64,000 nt of DNA from Candidatus Thorarchaeota archaeon (GTDB lineage Archaea > Asgardarchaeota > Thorarchaeia > Thorarchaeales > Thorarchaeaceae): positions 1 to 64,000 of the forward strand of contig JBHLRP010000007.1 in NCBI GenBank assembly GCA_048882485.1, in the 5' to 3' direction. This document shows, in pieces, positions 58,268 to 64,000 of the stretch. Made by a program: the position numbers and the translations under genes. Numbering within the stretch: the stretch's first letter is position 1; the number at the start of each line of letters is the position of its first letter. The notes beneath the pieces were generated by a model. The model had not been told where the DNA came from. It searched no databases and was given only the letters and a program-made list of their open reading frames with translations.

Positions 58268-59464
58268 CTAGTCCAGCCTAAGTGCGTAGAGGCCACCAAC
58301 AGCCGCAACAGCGATGATTCCAATGATGAGACCCCATCTCCAATCAATGAGAGGTGGAGGTGGATTGTTTGGATCTTCTTCAAGCAACAGGTCTTCGTAT
58401 TGAGCCCCCAGGTATGTCAGTGATTTGACAGCGTAGGATGAGATGTACATCGAACCTGTTTCTGCTCCAGGTACAAGCGCGAAGCTGCCATCAACTGCCT
58501 GACAGTCAATAATGAATCGGGATGCAAGGTCTGCATCTACCGAAGCCAAGCCACCTAGTAGGTCAAGTGCTCTAAGCGCCCAATAAGTGCTGCCCAAATT
58601 CGTGTCGTTTGTCAGCAGGCCTTCTTCGAAACCTCCAATGAATGTGTTGGAGCTTGTGGAAATCACCTGTCTCTGCAGAATCCAGTCAATTATGCCCTGA
58701 CGATTCGGGATAGTTTCTCCCAAGATTGTCAATGCTAGGACTCCAGCAGCTGTAGCTGTCACTCCGGGTAGGTCTGAATCGGGGCTAAGCTTGAATGCAT
58801 CTTCGTTCATGCAACTGAGAATCCAATCTACTATATCTGTAGAATTCCAAAGCCACTTTTCCCAAGTGTCGTCCTCATCTGTCTGTAACGCAATCTCCAT
58901 TGAATTGAGGGCTCGAAATGTTGAGATAATATCTGGTGAATTGCCAACCTCGTTAGAGAACCCTCCTTCCTCTGTATGTGTCTGATTAATCCAGATAAGC
59001 GCTGCAGTTCCGTTCAGTTCAACAGAGTTGATACCAGGAATATCTCCAAGTACATCCTGACTCAGTAGGTCAAACAGATTGATTGCGTCAAAGGCATTCT
59101 TTTGATTCACAGGTCCTGCTATATGTTCTCCAAAGCCGCCGTATCTATCTGCTGTTTCTGAAACAAGTATCCAGTGAAGTTTCTCTGTGAAATTCTTTAC
59201 ACTGATGAAATCTAAGACGGGGGGCCTGACTCCCAATAGGTTCCAATCGTTGAATATTGATATAGCGCCGAAGGTTGTGTATACGTAGGATGCTTCTTGG
59301 CCAGGGAGCGTGAAGCCGCCCTCTGTCGGGTCATAATTCTCATCAATGTAGGCCCTTAGGGACTGTCTTCGAGTTGTAGGATTTGCCGAAACTGGTTGTA
59401 CTGCTATTGTCACAACAACCAGTGCAATCGCAATTGTAATTGCAGCGATTCTGATGCTTCTCAT
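58268..59464 (-). CDS. Secreted, membrane-anchored prenyltransferase/squalene-cyclase (PFTB) repeat protein
   Basis: Signal peptide; repeats EGGF...STFRAL, GGF...STYWALRALDLLG and DGSF...SSYAVKSL; Pro-rich linker and C-terminal TM. Confidence 0.75.
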   Translation of the reverse strand: MRSIRIAAITIAIALVVVTIAVQPVSANPTTRRQSLRAYIDENYDPTEGGFTLPGQEASYVYTTFGAISIFNDWNLLGVRPPVLDFISVKNFTEKLHWILVSETADRYGGFGEHIAGPVNQKNAFDAINLFDLLSQDVLGDIPGINSVELNGTAALIWINQTHTEEGGFSNEVGNSPDIISTFRALNSMEIALQTDEDDTWEKWLWNSTDIVDWILSCMNEDAFKLSPDSDLPGVTATAAGVLALTILGETIPNRQGIIDWILQRQVISTSSNTFIGGFEEGLLTNDTNLGSTYWALRALDLLGGLASVDADLASRFIIDCQAVDGSFALVPGAETGSMYISSYAVKSLTYLGAQYEDLLLEEDPNNPPPPLIDWRWGLIIGIIAVAAVGGLYALRLD

Positions 59465-59590
59465 ACGGACATCCCGTCTAGATGTGATATCGCGGAGCGT
59501 TTCTGCTCCGCGTGAGAAGCCACGGACTGTAGAGCGGTTATTAACGTTTCCCCAAGTAACGGATTGTACTACGAAATTAGCGATGCTGAA

Positions 59591-60535
59591 TTACAGCGGG
59601 CCTCTCTGAACTTCGCGAATATGCTTGTAGGCAGAATCTGCAGCGATAGCACCTTGACCAGCAGCAACCACAATCTGCTTCATCGATTCAACAACGTCTC
59701 CAGCAGCGAAGAAACCTGGGATGTTTGTTCTTTGCTCTCCATCTGCATAGATTTCTCCCCGACTGTTCATCTTGACACCGAGAGGCTTGGCGAGCTTGCT
59801 TTCTGGATCAGAACCCAAGGCCACAAAAGTCCCATCAACCTCTAATGTTCTTCTTTCCCCGGTCTTGACATTCTCCAATTCGAGCTCTCTAAGAAGATGT
59901 TCGTCTCCGCGGAACTCCTTGACCATGGTATCCCATAAGATTTCCACATGAGTGTCGAATATCATTTGCTGGATGATATGTTCAGCTCGTAGGCGATTCC
60001 TCCGATGAATTAGATAGAGGGTGTCTGTCAGTTCTGAAAGATAAAGCGCTTCAGTGACTGCGGTATTGCCACCGCCAACAACCGCCAGCGTCTTATTTCT
60101 GAATAGAGGTCCGTCGCACGTTGCACAATAGGAAACGCCGCGCCCAGTATATTGCTCCTCACCAGGCAGGTTCAATTTCCTATGCCCTCCACCGGTAGCA
60201 AGTACAATAGCCTGAGCTTGATACACACCGCGTCTTGTATCGAGATGGAAACCACCATTATTATCCATCTCGATGCTTCTAACTTCAGTTATTTCTTTGA
60301 TAGTCGCTCCACTCTTCCTGACCTGTTCCTTCATCTTCTCAGCTAGTTCTATTCCTGTGATGAAGGAGTAACCTGGGTAGTTTTCAATACCTGGTGATGT
60401 CGCCTGTGCTCCCCCAAGGACTTTTGACTCAAGGAGTATGGTCTTCAGTCCATATCGTGAGCCATAGATGGCAGCTGTCATGCCAGCGGGGCCTCCGCCT
60501 ATGACAACTAATTCCCAGGTCAAGTCTTCGGTCAT
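59591..60535 (-). CDS. trxB: Thioredoxin reductase
   Basis: GGGPAG, ENYPG, GVSYCATCDG, GGGNTA and HRR motifs. Confidence 0.93.
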   Translation of the reverse strand: MTEDLTWELVVIGGGPAGMTAAIYGSRYGLKTILLESKVLGGAQATSPGIENYPGYSFITGIELAEKMKEQVRKSGATIKEITEVRSIEMDNNGGFHLDTRRGVYQAQAIVLATGGGHRKLNLPGEEQYTGRGVSYCATCDGPLFRNKTLAVVGGGNTAVTEALYLSELTDTLYLIHRRNRLRAEHIIQQMIFDTHVEILWDTMVKEFRGDEHLLRELELENVKTGERRTLEVDGTFVALGSDPESKLAKPLGVKMNSRGEIYADGEQRTNIPGFFAAGDVVESMKQIVVAAGQGAIAADSAYKHIREVQRGPL

Positions 60536-60611
60536 ATTGGTCCTCCATCAAAAGGAGCTATGCGCAGCTCAGTCATCGATACTCCTCTAATTAAGACTTG
60601 TTTGACGGTCC

Positions 60612-61460
60612 TCACGCTAAGAGACTTTCTAGTAGTGCAACGGATTCTAGGCCCTTTGGAGACCATGCGTCGCGCCCAATGGGTTTCAGCAAGTCATTGA
60701 TTCTAACAAAAGTCACTTCTCTTATTGGCATGCTCGGACGCTTCTGTAGGAAAGCCGCTTTTCTGAATCTCTGGGGGTCGTAGCTGAAAGTTTGACCTGG
60801 TCCAATAACAAGTACGAGGTCTACACATTCCAAGCCTTCCCAAATCCAAGCTGTATCATTGAATGATTCTATTACCACGAGGTCGGTGCCATCTTCAACA
60901 CGAGAGAATGAGGAGTTCACGCAATCCTCGAGATTCATGTTCTCGAATTGTTGTATCTCCTCAAGGGATTCAATTGCCTGCTTCTCAACATCTTCTGTGA
61001 GAAGTTTAAACTCCTCATATGTAAGGAGTAGGTCGCCTTTTTCAATAAGCCTCTCTGCACCAAGAATCGTTGAACGTATGCCCTTGTCATCAGGCCAACT
61101 GAAACGTTGCAGCGCGATGATCGAATCCGGTCCTGCAAGACCGAGTGTACTTGGCACATTCAGCAAAGGTTTGGCAGGCGAAGCCGGTACATACAGCCTG
61201 TGGATGGGATTGAGAATGTAGTCATCCTTCCTCGATTCCGTCAGTTTCTTAATAGATGCAAGGTCTGCAGAGAAAATCCGTTTCTGCTCTAGCAGATGTT
61301 GAGTATGGGCGAACCTTTGCCAGTAGTTATGAGCACTCATTGGCTTGAAATATTCAATAGAACTGAAATGGTGATGCATGCTGTCAATCAATAGCCCTGC
61401 GAACGTGGTCTTTCCTGAATCGAAAGAACTCATGCCCACTAGCAGGACTCGCTTTGTCAT
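60612..61460 (-). CDS. Archaeal P-loop NTPase (COG4028-like)
   Basis: LLVGMSSFDSGKTT, FKP and VVIESFND motifs. Confidence 0.7.
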   Translation of the reverse strand: MTKRVLLVGMSSFDSGKTTFAGLLIDSMHHHFSSIEYFKPMSAHNYWQRFAHTQHLLEQKRIFSADLASIKKLTESRKDDYILNPIHRLYVPASPAKPLLNVPSTLGLAGPDSIIALQRFSWPDDKGIRSTILGAERLIEKGDLLLTYEEFKLLTEDVEKQAIESLEEIQQFENMNLEDCVNSSFSRVEDGTDLVVIESFNDTAWIWEGLECVDLVLVIGPGQTFSYDPQRFRKAAFLQKRPSMPIREVTFVRINDLLKPIGRDAWSPKGLESVALLESLLA

Positions 61461-61475
61461 CGGAGTATTGCTCCA

Positions 61476-61507
61476 GAAAAAGAATAGAGAAGGAGCCCGT
61501 AGGCTCC
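61476..61507 (-). terminator. Hairpin plus pyrimidine tract after the thermosome gene
   Basis: GGAGCC-tacg-GGCTCC followed by TTCTCTATTCTTTTTC on the minus strand. Confidence 0.55.
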
Positions 61508-61525
61508 CTGCTTTCCTTAGACGTT

Positions 61526-63187
61526 CTACATCATGCCGGGCATTCCGCCCATGCCACCCATGCCGCCCATTCCGCCCGGTGGACCTTCGGCACCTGGCGG
61601 TGGACCTGCCTTGGCAGCAATCACATCGTCAATCCTTAGGATCATCTGTGCAGCTTCAGCAGCAGAACGGATAGCCTGACTCTTAACACGGGATGGCTCA
61701 ATGACTCCAACCTTCATCATATCAGTGGACTTGCCCTTGAATACGTCAACGCCATGCCAGAGTCCAGTTTCCTTGGAGTGCGCCTTCTTCAGGTCGGCAA
61801 TGATGTCAATTGGGTCATGTCCGCCATTCTCGGCAAGAGTCTTGGGTACGACTCGTAGCGCCTCGGCAAAGGCTTCAATGGCTAACTGTTCGCGGCCCTT
61901 GACTTTATCAGCATAGGTCTCTAGACGTTTGGATATCTCAGACTCTGTAGAACCGCCACCAGCGACGTAAGTGCCGTCTTCAACAACGTTTCTCACGACG
62001 CAAAGGGCATCATGTAGTGCTCTGTCTGCTTCATCCACAACGTGCTCTGTCCCGCCTCTAATGACAATTGATACGGCCTTGGGATCTTTGCAGTTTCTGA
62101 CATAGACAAGCTTGTCGTCAGCAATCCTTACTTCTTCAACAAGACCGGCTTGACCCAGGTTCTCAGACGATAGCTCATTCAAGTTGGAAGCAATCTGCCC
62201 GCCTGTGGCTTTTGCTAGCTTCTCCAGAGTGCTCTTCTTAGCTCTCCGGATTGACATCACACCTGCCTTGGCTAAGTAATGTTGAGCCACGTCGTCTATG
62301 CCCTTCTGACAGATGAGTACAGTTGCACCAGAGTCAATGACCTTATCAACCATGGTCTTCAGCATGCGCTCTTCCTCATCCAGGAATGCCTTAATCTGGT
62401 CTGGGTTGTCAATCTTGATCTCTGCATCAAACTCGGTCTTCTCAACCTCGATGGCTGCATTGACCAGAGCAATCTTAGCGTTCTCGACCTTCTTGGGCAT
62501 TGCGGCATGTACGACCTCCTTGTCAATCACCATGCCGTTTACGAGCTCTGTTTCTATGAGGCTTTTGCCCTGTTTCTTGATAATCTCAATCATGTCAACG
62601 TCAGCAGTGATTTTGCCATTGCTATCTTCAGTAATCTGCAGAACTGCGTCTACTGCAATCTTAGCGAAGTGACCCTTGGAGCCAGAAATTGATTTGCTGT
62701 TCATCGAAGTTTCGGCGATTTCGGTAAGAACCTTCTTGTCCATTCCTATCATTGAAACTGAAATCTCTTTGAGAATTCTTGTCGCCTCTTCAGCAGCCTT
62801 CTGATAGCCGCTCACAAGAATGGTTGGATGGATCTTCTTCTCTAGAAGGTCCTCAGCTCTCTTGAGGAGCTCTCCAGCAATCACAACTGAGGTGGTTGTA
62901 CCGTCACCGGTCTCTTGGTCTTGGCTCTTTGCAACCTCAACAAGCATCTTTGCGGCAGGATGTTGCACGTCAATCTCCTTCAGGATTGATGCACCATCGT
63001 TGGTGATTGTTACATCGCCTAAAGAATCAACTAGCATCTTGTCCATGCCGCGAGGCCCAAGAGTGGACTTCACAGCATCAGAGATGACAATGCCTGCCAT
63101 GATGTTGTTGCCTTGTGCTGACTTTCCTCGGGTACGAGATGTACCTTCCTTGAGGATGAGCACTGGTGTTCCGGACATCTGTGCCAT
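61526..63187 (-). CDS. Thermosome (group II chaperonin) subunit
   Basis: TLGPRGMDKM, TNDGA and GDGTTT motifs, plus a GGM-repeat tail. Confidence 0.96.
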   Translation of the reverse strand: MAQMSGTPVLILKEGTSRTRGKSAQGNNIMAGIVISDAVKSTLGPRGMDKMLVDSLGDVTITNDGASILKEIDVQHPAAKMLVEVAKSQDQETGDGTTTSVVIAGELLKRAEDLLEKKIHPTILVSGYQKAAEEATRILKEISVSMIGMDKKVLTEIAETSMNSKSISGSKGHFAKIAVDAVLQITEDSNGKITADVDMIEIIKKQGKSLIETELVNGMVIDKEVVHAAMPKKVENAKIALVNAAIEVEKTEFDAEIKIDNPDQIKAFLDEEERMLKTMVDKVIDSGATVLICQKGIDDVAQHYLAKAGVMSIRRAKKSTLEKLAKATGGQIASNLNELSSENLGQAGLVEEVRIADDKLVYVRNCKDPKAVSIVIRGGTEHVVDEADRALHDALCVVRNVVEDGTYVAGGGSTESEISKRLETYADKVKGREQLAIEAFAEALRVVPKTLAENGGHDPIDIIADLKKAHSKETGLWHGVDVFKGKSTDMMKVGVIEPSRVKSQAIRSAAEAAQMILRIDDVIAAKAGPPPGAEGPPGGMGGMGGMGGMPGMM

Positions 63188-63354
63188 TTTATTTTCCTCT
63201 AATGGTTGTTTAAATTATAAAAGTGTACATACACTTCGTATGCACTTCTGTTAAAACTGCCCATGGACTTCGTATAAAAACTTTCCCAAATGTGAGTCTG
63301 ATGAATGGAAAGACCCAATTGCCTTTTGTGTAATTTCGGCGTGAGGAAATCAAA

Positions 63355-63819
63355 ATGGTCATCACAGCACGGCGCGTCTTGGTTGTTCTAATCCTCCTTT
63401 CGTTGATTCTAGGTCTAGGCTTCGCAGTCTTGGACTATAACTATCTCGGCATCGGCCAAGCAGGCGACCAGGGACTGTTCTACATCAGCGGAATACAAGA
63501 CACGAATAATAATGAGTCGTATACTGTTGATTTCCGTGGTGTGAGCTTTACCTTCATGCACTATAACCTCCCAGTATTTTATGATGAAAACGGAACTGCG
63601 CATACAATAGTTGATGCTCCTAATACAGCCCACTTCATGATAACATATCCTGACGATGAAGTGGAATATCTCAAACTCAATGTGGGTGGATTTGTGGCAA
63701 TTCGGCCGGGTTCTCCCTTGCGTCCGGTATTTGGAAATCATACTACTCCAAAGGCTGGAGTTGCTACGGCGTTCACAGCACAACTCCATTTCAAATGGGT
63801 CTATCTTGTTGCAGTCTGA
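63355..63819 (+). CDS. Hypothetical membrane-anchored/secreted protein
   Basis: N-terminal hydrophobic helix followed by a beta-rich domain. Confidence 0.65.
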   Translation: MVITARRVLVVLILLSLILGLGFAVLDYNYLGIGQAGDQGLFYISGIQDTNNNESYTVDFRGVSFTFMHYNLPVFYDENGTAHTIVDAPNTAHFMITYPDDEVEYLKLNVGGFVAIRPGSPLRPVFGNHTTPKAGVATAFTAQLHFKWVYLVAV

Positions 63820-63938
63820 ATCCTAGAAGCAATGGACCTACACATCCTGAGAATCTTTTCCTCTGAAGTAAAGATGATAAGTGGGAGTCGATAGTCACAG
63901 CCAACTCAGATGTTTGTGAGATTTGAGGAGGCAAGTGA

Positions 63939-64000
63939 TTGGACATCACAATCAATATAGGCGGCGAAGCTGGTCAGGGAATAGATACGATCGGTGACCT
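63939..64000 (+). CDS. korA: 2-oxoacid:ferredoxin oxidoreductase alpha subunit, 5' fragment
   Basis: GAGGAGG SD, then TTG: MDITINIGGEAGQGIDTIGD, the characteristic GGEAGQG N-terminus. Confidence 0.75.
   Translation, partial: MDITINIGGEAGQGIDTIGD

Noticed and set aside
59491-59512. GC-rich hairpin CGCGGAGC-N6-GCTCCGCG between trxB and the PFTB gene
   Set aside because: It is a single short hairpin without a T-tract or other support, so no function can be assigned.
61526-61600. GGCATGGGC-type tandem repeats
   Set aside because: They encode the ordinary GGM tail of the chaperonin.
1-64000. CRISPR array, transposase or integrase
   Set aside because: No regularly spaced direct repeats and no ORFs with recombinase or transposase motifs were seen.

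Overview
A 64 kb archaeal chromosome segment with about 50 genes. Gene content suggests an Asgard archaeon, most plausibly Thorarchaeia (inference from a longin-domain protein, ZPR1, a WD40/winged-helix protein, an SMC5/6-like ATPase, a group II chaperonin, DUF2070 and an intron-containing tRNA). Much of it is core metabolism: porDAB, UbiX, H+-PPase, a NuoEFG-like plus NfnAB/SudAB redox cluster, Nnr, a PPAT-DUF359 fusion, HMG-CoA synthase/thiolase/DUF35, TrxB, a thermosome subunit and the start of korA. Six things stand out. (1) A translationally coupled operon encodes a degenerate AAA+ protein, an SMC5/6-(coalescin)-like ATPase, a kleisin and a KITE-like tandem winged-helix protein, followed by a TFIIB-type Zn-ribbon/wHTH gene; it is divergent from a MoxR-VWA pair. 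(2) An unannotated ~150-nt structured RNA candidate with its own TATA/BRE lies just downstream of that operon. (3) A TetR-led radical SAM/SPASM + B12-radical SAM + methyltransferase operon sits next to tRNA-Ala, has a clear palindromic operator, and may modify tetraether lipids. (4) One protein carries eight tandem C3H zinc ribbons. (5) A longin + winged-helix protein is present. (6) Several enzymes have lost catalytic residues. No CRISPR array, integrase or transposase was seen. All family calls come from motif recognition by eye, not database searches.
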